This document shows, piece by piece, positions 35,496 through 44,219 of a stretch of 64,000 nt of DNA; position 1 is the stretch's first letter, and every line of letters begins with the position of its first letter. Where the stretch lies: assembly GCA_043821585.1 (NCBI GenBank), contig JBDRCQ010000002.1, forward strand, positions 133,969 through 197,968, written 5' to 3'. The translations under genes and the position numbers were made by a program. The notes beneath the pieces were generated by a model that worked only from the letters and a program-made list of their open reading frames with translations, was not told the origin of the DNA and did no database searches. This DNA comes from an archaeon (GTDB taxonomy: Archaea > Nanobdellota > Nanobdellia > Pacearchaeales > GW2011-AR1).

Positions 35496-37292
35496 TTACT
35501 TTTTCTTTTGATTTTCTTTGAGCTTCTTGTCTAGGAGTTTTTCTTTATGGTAACGCCTCCACATCTTGGCGAAAACAGGATTTTCTTTTAGTTCATCTAA
35601 CGTTCCTTTTCCTATAATTTTGCCTTCGGAGAAGAGGTAGATATAATCGAATTTGTCTAAGAGGTGAAGTCTGTGGATTGAGGATATTATCGTTTTGTTT
35701 TTGTATTCTTCGAAGACTTGTTCGTGGATTTTTATTTCGTTTAGACTGTCTACGCTGCTTGTTGGTTCATCCATCAAAACTATGTTACTTTTTTTTGCGG
35801 CGAGTAGTCCTCTGGCGAGGGCAAGTCTTTGTTTTTCTCCACCGCTTAAAGAAACACCTTTTTCCATAACGCTTGTGTCTAAGCCATTTGGCAGCTTGGT
35901 TATAACTGGTTTCAGTTGGGAAATCTTAATGACCTTGTTTATATCTTCATCTGTTGCTGGAAGGTTCATGGTGATATTGTACTTGAATGTGTTGTTGAAT
36001 ATCTCAGGTTCTTGGGGAATCAGTGTAACGTGGTCTTTGATTTTGTCTACTCCTTCTTCCAGGAGTTCATTGTCACAGTATATTTTCCCTTTTTCTATTT
36101 TGTAGAGGCCGCGAATGAGTGAAAGAATGGTGCTTTTGCCAGAGCCGCTTTCTCCAACTAGAGCGATCTTTTGTTTCCTTTTAATCGAGAATGAGATGTT
36201 GTTTAGGTGGGCTTTTTTGCCTTCTCGATCGTAGGTGAATGAAACATCTTTGAAGGAGACTTCTTTCCAGCCTCTTGGAAGCCTGGACGCTTCAGGGTTT
36301 TTTAGTTTTTTATATTCTTCTTCTAAGGGATACGCTCCGACGATTCTGGCGTTTGCTCTGATGATGCTCCCATATATCTCTGCAAATCTGTAAAACGTTT
36401 CTCCGACGTTATTAAGATAACCGTAGACCATGTATAGCGTTCCGATTAGGATTGCTCCGGTTAGGGTGAATTCGGTGTAGGCCTTGTAGATTAATGCTGC
36501 TACGATCATTATTTGTATCGCAACGCTTGCGAAACCCCATTTTAATTCGTTTATGACTGTGCTGCTTTTGAATGTGTTATAGCTGACAACTTGCTTGGCG
36601 TTGATTTCTTCCGAAACGGTTCTTCTGAGCCTTAGGGTGATTACTGTAATGACATTGCTTAGGTAATCAAAAATTGTGGCCGATAATTTGTTGTTGTATT
36701 CGTTCATTTCTCTGTACTTTTTATCGAGTCTTTTGTCCACCCGAGATATTATCAGGAGGGTTAGGCTTGAGAATATGAACGCAAAAAGGCCTATTTTCCA
36801 GTCTATGAAGAACAAGATGGCTAGTGAACCAAAGAAACTGATTATTCCATAAACTATCTGATAGGTCATTTGTCCAGAAAATTCTTCGAGTGCATTTGAG
36901 GCTCTGTTGACCTTGTCTATCGTGTCTCCAGAGTGGTTGTCTTTGTGCCATTTTATGGGAAGCTTTAGTACAACTCTTATCTTATCGTTGATGTAATTCT
37001 TTTTTACATGAAACGAAGTTGTGGTCTCTAGGACTCTTCCTACTCCGTGGAAAATCCAAAAGACTACTACGATTACCAGCAGAAGGAAGATTTTGAATAT
37101 TAGGCTTGAGAGTTCAGCTTGAGTTTGGATTGATTGTTGGATTGAGTTGAATATTAATCCAATGACGTATGGCGTCAGAAGGGAAACTGCTCCAGCTATG
37201 GCAAATAAAAATATGTAGAGCAAGAACAACTTTCTTCTTTTGCCTAAGTAGCCCCATTCAGTTTTTAGCGCGTTGATTATCGGGTGTGTCAT
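35496..37292 (-). CDS. ABC exporter, fused permease/ATPase (MdlB/MsbA-type half transporter)
   Basis: Six TM segments are followed by Walker A GESGSGKST, signature LSGGEKQR and Walker B IVLMDEPTS. Confidence 0.9.
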   Translation of the reverse strand: MTHPIINALKTEWGYLGKRRKLFLLYIFLFAIAGAVSLLTPYVIGLIFNSIQQSIQTQAELSSLIFKIFLLLVIVVVFWIFHGVGRVLETTTSFHVKKNYINDKIRVVLKLPIKWHKDNHSGDTIDKVNRASNALEEFSGQMTYQIVYGIISFFGSLAILFFIDWKIGLFAFIFSSLTLLIISRVDKRLDKKYREMNEYNNKLSATIFDYLSNVITVITLRLRRTVSEEINAKQVVSYNTFKSSTVINELKWGFASVAIQIMIVAALIYKAYTEFTLTGAILIGTLYMVYGYLNNVGETFYRFAEIYGSIIRANARIVGAYPLEEEYKKLKNPEASRLPRGWKEVSFKDVSFTYDREGKKAHLNNISFSIKRKQKIALVGESGSGKSTILSLIRGLYKIEKGKIYCDNELLEEGVDKIKDHVTLIPQEPEIFNNTFKYNITMNLPATDEDINKVIKISQLKPVITKLPNGLDTSVMEKGVSLSGGEKQRLALARGLLAAKKSNIVLMDEPTSSVDSLNEIKIHEQVFEEYKNKTIISSIHRLHLLDKFDYIYLFSEGKIIGKGTLDELKENPVFAKMWRRYHKEKLLDKKLKENQKKK

Positions 37293-38248
37293 TTTGCCTC
37301 TTTTTGCAGTGCTGCAATTTCTTCTTTGATTACTTTGAGATATACATTTTTTGTTTTACGCTCTAAATCTTTTTTTTCTAAGATTTCTCTAATGAAATAA
37401 ACCATATCTGAGAATCTACGTTTTGTTTGGTAGTACTCTAATGCAATAGGGTCTGGTTTGTGTTTAGTTAACTTCATGTATTCTTTCATGAATACTTTGT
37501 TCTTTATGAAGAATATTAGGTCTTTTTCTGGTAAGGCTTTTTCTAGAGACTCCCAGTCTAGGATGAAGACTTTGTTTTTTGAGATATAAAGATTGCCTTC
37601 GTGTAGGTCTGTGTGTACTAGAACGTATTTATTCTTATTTTTACTTATGTACTTTTTTAGTTTTTTGATATTATTCAGATGTTTTTCAAATAGTTTGGTT
37701 TTTCCGTTAAGTATTTTTTTGAGTTCTCCGTGGCGGGATTTTTTGACTTTTGGGACTAGTTTTAGGATCTTGTTTTCCCAATTTAAAATTAATTCCTCTT
37801 CTTTGATGCCTGGGAAACTTTTTGCTTTGAAATTGTGGAGCCTTGCTATTGATTTGGCGAGAGTTCTTGGACTGGGGATTGTTCCTTCTTTTGGATTTTT
37901 ACCTTCGATAAAGTTTGTAATCGATATGGGGAAGTTTTTACGGAGTATTACATATTTGCCGTCTTTTGACTTAATTGGACTTGGAATGTTTTCCATTTTT
38001 AATAACTTACGCAGATTTATAAGGCAGTTTATCGCATTTTTTTGTCTATAAATGGATATCCACTTTGGTTTTCTCACACTTACGAAAATTTTATTTCCTG
38101 AATTTAGGATTGCGATGTAAGATGCTCCGTTTTCTCCGACTGGAATGTATTTCATCTTTTTTATTTTGAAGTCATATCTTCTTTCTAGGGTTTCTTTCAA
38201 TTCTTTTTCGTGGAGGCCTGTGAGTTTCATTTTACCAAAACTCCACAA
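37289..38248 (-). CDS. APH-family phosphotransferase (second copy)
   Basis: It has LVHTDLHEGNLY and ILDWESL. The start may be ATG 38230 (MKLTGL…). Confidence 0.7.
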   Translation of the reverse strand: MWSFGKMKLTGLHEKELKETLERRYDFKIKKMKYIPVGENGASYIAILNSGNKIFVSVRKPKWISIYRQKNAINCLINLRKLLKMENIPSPIKSKDGKYVILRKNFPISITNFIEGKNPKEGTIPSPRTLAKSIARLHNFKAKSFPGIKEEELILNWENKILKLVPKVKKSRHGELKKILNGKTKLFEKHLNNIKKLKKYISKNKNKYVLVHTDLHEGNLYISKNKVFILDWESLEKALPEKDLIFFIKNKVFMKEYMKLTKHKPDPIALEYYQTKRRFSDMVYFIREILEKKDLERKTKNVYLKVIKEEIAALQKEAK

Positions 38249-39326
38249 ATATGTGTGCAGGCGATTTAGTTTTTAACATTTTGCTAATAAGTTTGTCTTT
38301 TCCTTCGTAATAAATCCCGTCACCATCGGGGTCGTAAACTTTTTCTCCGTTTGGTTTGAGCCAGACAAATCTTCTTATAAAATTCTTTTTAGTTCCAAGA
38401 CCGACTTTAGCAAAGAATTTTGTTTTCCCTGTAAAACCAAGAATTGTTTTCCCTGTTTTTTCTGAAAAATCTTTCATGACATTAACCATTATTTTTCCGT
38501 ACCCTTTTTTCTTGATAACTGAAATCGTGCTACAAACTCCCCCAATATGATAAATTCTGTCTTTGTATTTTACCTTAATAGGTCTAATGCCTCCGAAAGA
38601 AACAACCTTGCCTTTCTTCTTAATCATGACCCACAATGTATCTGGTTCGTAATCTTTTTTAAAATCTTTTCTATTCTTTTCTCCAAATTCTTTAACCCTC
38701 AGTTCTTCTAAGGTTCTTTTGTCTTTTTTGTTTAAGTCTTTGCTTTTAATTCTCTCAACTTTCAAATCTCCTTTTAGTTTTCTTCCTAAAAATTTCTCAA
38801 GAAGGTCTACTTTATGAACTACGTTCAGTTTAGTCTTGTCTGATTCGATTAATGCTCGCCCATACATTTCTTCTATTTGGTTTAGTTTAAGCAACCCTAT
38901 TGTAAGGCCATAAAAATCAATCCTCTCGTGATTGGATTTAAACAAAGTATTCTCTTTCATTGTTTTATAACCCCTTCCGACGCTATCAACCTCCACTTTC
39001 AAATTACCTTTTTTAATAATCAGAGTTTCCCATTTAGGATAATAATTATGCTTTATTTTAGCTTTCTTTAAAGCACGAACAACTTTTGGAAAATTCTTTT
39101 TATGGTCCGGAATCATAATATCAATGTCATTAACTTTCATACTTTTGTCTTTCGTATGATAAAAATGTGCAAAGCTACCATAAACAACGGTCGGAATTCC
39201 AACATTTTCAATAATCTGAATTATTTTTTGAGCAAAAGGGATTAGTTTTTTGAAGTGTTCGGCGTTTTTTGGGCAGAGTTTTAAGGGTTTCATTCTTTCA
39301 AATACCCTCCTTTCTGAAGATTCCAA
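38232..39326 (-). CDS. nucleotidyltransferase-like N-domain fused to GNAT acetyltransferase C-domain
   Basis: The N-domain motif is VVYGSFAHFYH…VNDIDIMIPD. The C-domain has GGVCSTISVIKKKGYGKIMV (GNAT motif A-like). The likely start is MKPLKL at 39293. Confidence 0.55.
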   Translation of the reverse strand: MESSERRVFERMKPLKLCPKNAEHFKKLIPFAQKIIQIIENVGIPTVVYGSFAHFYHTKDKSMKVNDIDIMIPDHKKNFPKVVRALKKAKIKHNYYPKWETLIIKKGNLKVEVDSVGRGYKTMKENTLFKSNHERIDFYGLTIGLLKLNQIEEMYGRALIESDKTKLNVVHKVDLLEKFLGRKLKGDLKVERIKSKDLNKKDKRTLEELRVKEFGEKNRKDFKKDYEPDTLWVMIKKKGKVVSFGGIRPIKVKYKDRIYHIGGVCSTISVIKKKGYGKIMVNVMKDFSEKTGKTILGFTGKTKFFAKVGLGTKKNFIRRFVWLKPNGEKVYDPDGDGIYYEGKDKLISKMLKTKSPAHIFVEFW

Positions 39327-41080
39327 AGATGCTTGTAGATGCCTGGCTTTTTGATTAGGTCATTGTGTTTGCCGGTCTGTGCGATGCGGCCTTTGTTCAT
39401 GACTATGATCTTGTCGACTTTCATGATTGTGGAAAGGCGGTGAGCTATGATTATTGATGTTCGGCCTTTCATCAGCTTTTCTAAGTCTTTCTGTATTTCG
39501 AATTCTGTTTGGGAATCTAGGGAGGATGTGGCTTCGTCAAGAACGAGGACCTTTTTGTTTGCAAGGATTGCTCTTGCTATGGAAACTCTTTGCCTTTCTC
39601 CGCCGGAAAGTTTGACTCCGCGTTCGCCTACGATAGTGTTTTCTTTTTCTGGAAGGTTATTTACGAAGACGTCTAGTTGTGCAAACTTTATGGCTTTGAA
39701 TACTTCTTCTCTGGTTGCTTTAGGGTTTGAGAATAAGATGTTGTTGTAGATGCTGTCGTCAAATAGGACGCATTCTTGTGGGACGATTGAGAGTTCTCCC
39801 CTTAGAGATTCCTGTTTGAATGTTTTGATGTTCTTTCCGTCGATTAGGATCTGTCCATTTTGAACGTCGTATAACCGATAGAGTAATTTTATGAGTGTGG
39901 TTTTGCCGCTACCTGAATGGCCAACTAGGGCTATTTTTTCACCTGGTTTTACTTTTAGGGAAATGTTGTCCAAGATGTTTCTGTCGTGATATTTGAATGA
40001 AATGTCTTTTAGTTCGATTTCTCCTTTGGTGATTTTCAGTTTCTTTGAGTTTGGTTCGTCAACTATGTCGTTTGTTATTTCAGAGTAGCTGAAGAGTGTG
40101 TCGAAGTCTCCGACCGCTTTGTAATATCTTCTTATGCCGTAAACGAAGCCCATGAGGGGACCCATTAGGCCTAGGTAGGTCGTGTAGATGAATGTGAGCG
40201 TACCTATCGTGACGTTGCCATCAAGGAATCCTTTGACTGGGAAGTAGATAAGGAAGAATGTTCCGAGTCCGATTAGGAAGCTGTTCCCTAAGTTGAAGAG
40301 TATTCCGTAGTTCCAGAAGCTTTTCATTTTTTCTTGGGAGGTTGTTGCGAGGTTCGCGTATTTTTGTTTGATCAGATTTTCTTTGCCGTAATATTTGACT
40401 GATTCGATGTTTGTTAAGATGTCTGCAAGACTGCCTTTTTCGCGGTCTTCTGTTTGGTTAAGTGCGACATGGGACTTTTTTCTTGCGTTTGCCATCGCGA
40501 TTCCCCAGAGTATCGCCATCGTCGAAGTAACGAGGATTACCACTGCGGAGACCCAGTCGAGAAATAACAGAGAAACAGATACAATTGCAATTTGGAATAT
40601 TAACGGCGTGATGTTATCAATAATGAAGTCAGTTAGGGACTCTGCTGCGCCAGTTCCTCTGTTCATCCTGGAGATTAATGAGCCTGTTTTGTGGGTTGTG
40701 TGAAATCTGTGTGATAAATGGAGTATGTGATTGAAAAACTTTGTTTTTATGTCGAGAACCATTCCAGTCATTAGGTCTCTTTCTTTTCTTGCCTTGTATC
40801 CGTGGTTAAGTGCTAATTTTATGAATAGTGCGCCGAAGTAGATTCCCGTTAAGGCGAGTAATATGCTGACGAATGAGCTTCTTAGGAGAGTTCCGGCGGT
40901 GTATTCTGCCCCCTTGTCGAGTACGACTTTGAAAAGATATCTGTCGAAAACTCTTAGGCCTTCTATGACGCCTGTGACTATCAGAATTGAGATGTAAGTC
41001 CACTTGTACTTGCTGACTATGTCTAAGTAATGTTTCAGGTTTTTCTTGAAGTCTATGTCTTTGTATAGTTCTCGATTCAT
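39290..41080 (-). CDS. ABC exporter, fused permease/ATPase (partner half transporter)
   Basis: Walker A is GHSGSGKTT, the signature is LSGGERQR and Walker B is VLVLDEATS. Confidence 0.9.
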   Translation of the reverse strand: MNRELYKDIDFKKNLKHYLDIVSKYKWTYISILIVTGVIEGLRVFDRYLFKVVLDKGAEYTAGTLLRSSFVSILLALTGIYFGALFIKLALNHGYKARKERDLMTGMVLDIKTKFFNHILHLSHRFHTTHKTGSLISRMNRGTGAAESLTDFIIDNITPLIFQIAIVSVSLLFLDWVSAVVILVTSTMAILWGIAMANARKKSHVALNQTEDREKGSLADILTNIESVKYYGKENLIKQKYANLATTSQEKMKSFWNYGILFNLGNSFLIGLGTFFLIYFPVKGFLDGNVTIGTLTFIYTTYLGLMGPLMGFVYGIRRYYKAVGDFDTLFSYSEITNDIVDEPNSKKLKITKGEIELKDISFKYHDRNILDNISLKVKPGEKIALVGHSGSGKTTLIKLLYRLYDVQNGQILIDGKNIKTFKQESLRGELSIVPQECVLFDDSIYNNILFSNPKATREEVFKAIKFAQLDVFVNNLPEKENTIVGERGVKLSGGERQRVSIARAILANKKVLVLDEATSSLDSQTEFEIQKDLEKLMKGRTSIIIAHRLSTIMKVDKIIVMNKGRIAQTGKHNDLIKKPGIYKHLWNLQKGGYLKE

Positions 41081-41132
41081 GTCACTTTTTTGTGTTACAC
41101 ACGTTTATATATTTCGAATAGGTCTATAAATT

Positions 41133-41258
41133 ATGCCGCAAGACAGTTTTATTGATGGATTTCATGAAGGTCCTCTGAAGGGTGAGCGAGAGAAGGATGA
41201 GGAGGAGGATATTGTTGAGTCTGAAAAGTGTAAGGTTCTGGCGGACGATAATGATTGA
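41133..41258 (+). CDS. small acidic hypothetical ORF (41 aa)
   Basis: The ATG lies about 25 nt after TTTATATATTT. The product is MPQDSFIDGFHEGPLKGEREKDEEEDIVESEKCKVLADDND. Support is weak. Confidence 0.25.
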   Translation: MPQDSFIDGFHEGPLKGEREKDEEEDIVESEKCKVLADDND

Positions 41259-41401
41259 CTATCTTTTCATTATTGTAAACTTTAGTTAACAAGGTTTTTA
41301 GAGTTTTCGGGTGTTATTTTATTGAGGGGTAAAATTATTAAAGTTTGATTGTTATGTGTTGAGTGGAAATAAGGAAAACTAAAAAATTATTTTTGTTGAC
41401 C

Positions 41402-41904
41402 TTAATACTCGATGAAGGCTCTTTTGACCACATGTTCGACACCTGCCTTTCTTGCTTTTTCAGTGATTTTTTCTAAATTGCCTAGGATGTTTGCGACGTG
41501 TGCTCTTACAACAGTGTAGGGATTTTGAGACCTTGTGTATGTTTGTGTTAAAACTCCTATTTCATCTCTTGGGGGAGAGTCGCACCAGTCACAAAGGGCC
41601 TGAAATTCAAATCCTTCGGGATTAGATCCATAACCTGGAGGGGTTGGAGCTGAAAGCCCTTCGAAAAATTCCTCTTCGAATATCGTAAATGCTACTGAAT
41701 GAGCCCCTTCATTGTGATCGGGGTTTCTTCCTTCTACAGTCATAGGCAATACTAGCCTTCCTGCTGGTCTGTAAATCCCATTTCTTTTTTGAAGATGTCC
41801 TCTTCCCATTTGAAAATTCCATAGACGTCATAGTTGTCTGGGACTTCTAGGATCTTTTGAACCTTCGACAAGTGATCAAAGTGGGTTCCTTGTTTGAATG
41901 TCAT
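41402..41904 (-). CDS. hypothetical protein, frame-disrupted at a 6-nt homopolymer
   Basis: ATG 41904 gives MTFKQGTHFDHLSKVQ…IFKK. That frame breaks at T6 41785-41790, and the sequence continues in track ORF 41402-41809 (…NGIYRPAGRLVLPMTVEG…). Confidence 0.45.
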
Positions 41905-41905
41905 C

Positions 41906-42067
41906 TTAACTCTGCCCTCCTTTCACTTCAATTACTCTGAAAGTTGTTTCTACGACCGTGCCCGGCGAGAGTTCTTGCTCTAGCAGTTTTGGTATGACTA
42001 CTATCGCTTGGCGACCGTGTTTTGCTATTCTCTTAGTTATTGTGAACTGTTTTTGTTCTGTTTCCAT
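41906..42067 (-). CDS. small AbrB/SpoVT-like protein (53 aa)
   Basis: The product is METEQKQFTITKRIAKHGRQAIVVIPKLLEQELSPGTVVETTFRVIEVKGGQS. The SD-like AAGGAGGG for the next gene lies within its 3' end. Confidence 0.45.
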   Translation of the reverse strand: METEQKQFTITKRIAKHGRQAIVVIPKLLEQELSPGTVVETTFRVIEVKGGQS

Positions 42068-42068
42068 T

Positions 42069-42602
42069 TTATCCCCCACATTCAGTTGTCAAATCATAAA
42101 AATCAGTTGTTACCCAGAGCTCATATAATCCCGGTTTTTTTCCGAAACCTGAACCCAGGTCGAGCTGTACAGCTCCGCCTAGTTTATGATCTCCGAAATT
42201 TAATATTTCCTCATAACCTTTTATCTCCCTACCAGACTTACCAGAGAATCTTAACCCTCTAGCGTTGTAGAAGTCCATTGTTGCTTGTACTATGTCTTTT
42301 GGAGTGTAGAGGGTCATATTGCTGGGAAGAGCTTCAATAATAAAATCCTCGGAATTTGCTCCTAATTCTTCTTGCATTTTTTGTTGTTCTCCATCTATCG
42401 CTCTTGCTTGAGCTAATGCGCGCGTGTAGGCAGAGATATTAATTCTTTCTATAGCTTGGGATCTTAGAAATGCATAAGTAGGAATATCTGATCTATCTAG
42501 CGCTTGAGCGACTAGTCTTCCAGCTACCTTGGGTTCGTCTGCGGGTGCTTGAAGCAGATTTTCTAAATATGCCCTAAATGTTTGTTTTTCTGTCATTTTC
42601 AT
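42069..42602 (-). CDS. hypothetical protein (177 aa)
   Basis: ATG ORF, first gene of a three-gene minus-strand unit. No family was recognised. Confidence 0.45.
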   Translation of the reverse strand: MKMTEKQTFRAYLENLLQAPADEPKVAGRLVAQALDRSDIPTYAFLRSQAIERINISAYTRALAQARAIDGEQQKMQEELGANSEDFIIEALPSNMTLYTPKDIVQATMDFYNARGLRFSGKSGREIKGYEEILNFGDHKLGGAVQLDLGSGFGKKPGLYELWVTTDFYDLTTECGG

Positions 42603-42711
42603 GTAAGTTTTGTTTACTTAATTGTAGTAACTCTTGTTGGATAATTAAAACTTCTTTCTTAATATCTTAACTAAGCGCAATATTTATATAGATAAATGCG
42701 GATAGTTAACT

Positions 42712-43665
42712 ATGGAGCTTGATGTGAAAGATCGGAAGATTCTGGCGGAGTTGGAGATGAATGCCCGGATTGCTCAGAGTGTGCTTGCAAAAAAGGTAGG
42801 TGTGTCTAAGCAGGTTGTGAAGTATAGAACTGAAAGGTTGGAGAAAGAGGGTTTGATTCAGGGATATAATGCGATTGTTGATGTGGGTAGGTTGGGGCAG
42901 ACGATTTACGTGGTTTATTTGAGGTTGGTGCGGATTTCTTCATTGGCTGAAAATAATTGGGTGAAGGCGATTGATAAGGACGGGAGTGTTCTTGGGGTGG
43001 GGAGGAATGCGGGGCGTTGGGACTTGACTATTGCGATGAGCGCGAGGAACAATCAAGAGTTTGATGAGGCGTTTAAGAGAATTAGTGAGGGAAAGCAGGA
43101 TAAAATAAAAGAGAAGTTGGTGACTAGCGAAATAGAGAGCACGTATTTTTCTATGCGTTTGGTTTTTGATTCAAATGCGAAGGAGTTTTCTACTTCTGCC
43201 AGTGAGGATGCCGGGCTTGATGAGAACGACTTGGAGATAGCTAAAATTTTGTCGAGCGATTGCAGGACTAACCTGTTGAATTTATCTGATAAGGTGGGCA
43301 TGTCGCCGAATGGTGTTAAGGAAAGAATTAAGCGGTTGGAAGGGAAGAACGTGATTATGGGGTATAAGATGAAGGTGAATTATGAAAAGTTGGGTTACCT
43401 GCATTTTAGGGTGTTTTTGCATTTGGCTAAGTTTAACGAGGGCGTTTATGGGGCAGTAAAGGAGTTTCTGAAGAAGTCTGGGAGGGTGGAGAGTGTTTCT
43501 CGTTATGTTGGCTATGCGGATGTTGATTTTAGATGTTATGCTAAGAATCTTGAAGAGTTTTATGGTTTTGTATCTGAGTTGAAGGATAAGTTTCTGCAAG
43601 AGATTATTGAAGTCGACTCTATGCCAATCTTTAGGTGGGAAAGAATTGGGTATTTTAGCGGGTGA
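42712..43665 (+). CDS. Lrp/AsnC-family regulator with two tandem HTH_AsnC units
   Basis: The first unit is VKDRKILAELEMNARIAQSVLAKKVGVSKQVVKYRTERLEKEGLIQGY. The second is LEIAKILSSDCRTNLLNLSDKVGMSPNGVKERIKRLEGKNVIMGY. Confidence 0.8.
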   Translation: MELDVKDRKILAELEMNARIAQSVLAKKVGVSKQVVKYRTERLEKEGLIQGYNAIVDVGRLGQTIYVVYLRLVRISSLAENNWVKAIDKDGSVLGVGRNAGRWDLTIAMSARNNQEFDEAFKRISEGKQDKIKEKLVTSEIESTYFSMRLVFDSNAKEFSTSASEDAGLDENDLEIAKILSSDCRTNLLNLSDKVGMSPNGVKERIKRLEGKNVIMGYKMKVNYEKLGYLHFRVFLHLAKFNEGVYGAVKEFLKKSGRVESVSRYVGYADVDFRCYAKNLEEFYGFVSELKDKFLQEIIEVDSMPIFRWERIGYFSG

Positions 43666-43694
43666 GTTAAATTTAGTAATTAGCCTGGATTGAA

Positions 43695-43907
43695 ATGATA
43701 ATGAGAAAAAAAGGTCTGATCTTCCTGGGTGTTTTGTTGGTGGTTTTGGGAGCTGTTTTATTGTTGAGTTCCTTTTCTGGGATGACTGGGTTTGCTGTTT
43801 TTGAGGGGGTTTCTTCGAAGGTTGGTGGGGTTGTGGGTGTTGTGTTTGTTTTGGGAGGTTTGGGGGTGTTGATGGCGCGGGCGCACCATACTCGGGCGTA
43901 TGGTTAA
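43695..43907 (+). CDS. small two-TM membrane protein with SGMTGFAV motif
   Basis: 70 aa, with two hydrophobic helices separated by FSGMTGFAVFEG. Confidence 0.45.
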   Translation: MIMRKKGLIFLGVLLVVLGAVLLLSSFSGMTGFAVFEGVSSKVGGVVGVVFVLGGLGVLMARAHHTRAYG

Positions 43908-43931
43908 ATAGCTGCAAGAATTTATGATATT

Positions 43932-44219
43932 ATGGGCACGAGGAACGCTTATGGGCATAAGACGGAGCAGATTTCTGTTACAGAATCAAGGATTGCAGCT
44001 CATACGCCCTTTAGTAAAGGGGAAGTGCGTCATGTGATTGAAGGGGAAATTAATGGCGGGCGGTTGTTGCTTGATAAATCGGGACATGCTATTTCTATAA
44101 CGACTAAACCCGGCAAGGTTCAAGAGATAGAGCAGAGGTATGGGAGAAAGATGAAATATACTGTTGTTGACAGATTGCATGATTTAGAAGAAAGACATTT
44201 ACCTATGGGTGTTAGGTAA
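43932..44219 (+). CDS. hypothetical protein (95 aa)
   Basis: ATG ORF with no recognisable motifs. Confidence 0.4.
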   Translation: MGTRNAYGHKTEQISVTESRIAAHTPFSKGEVRHVIEGEINGGRLLLDKSGHAISITTKPGKVQEIEQRYGRKMKYTVVDRLHDLEERHLPMGVR

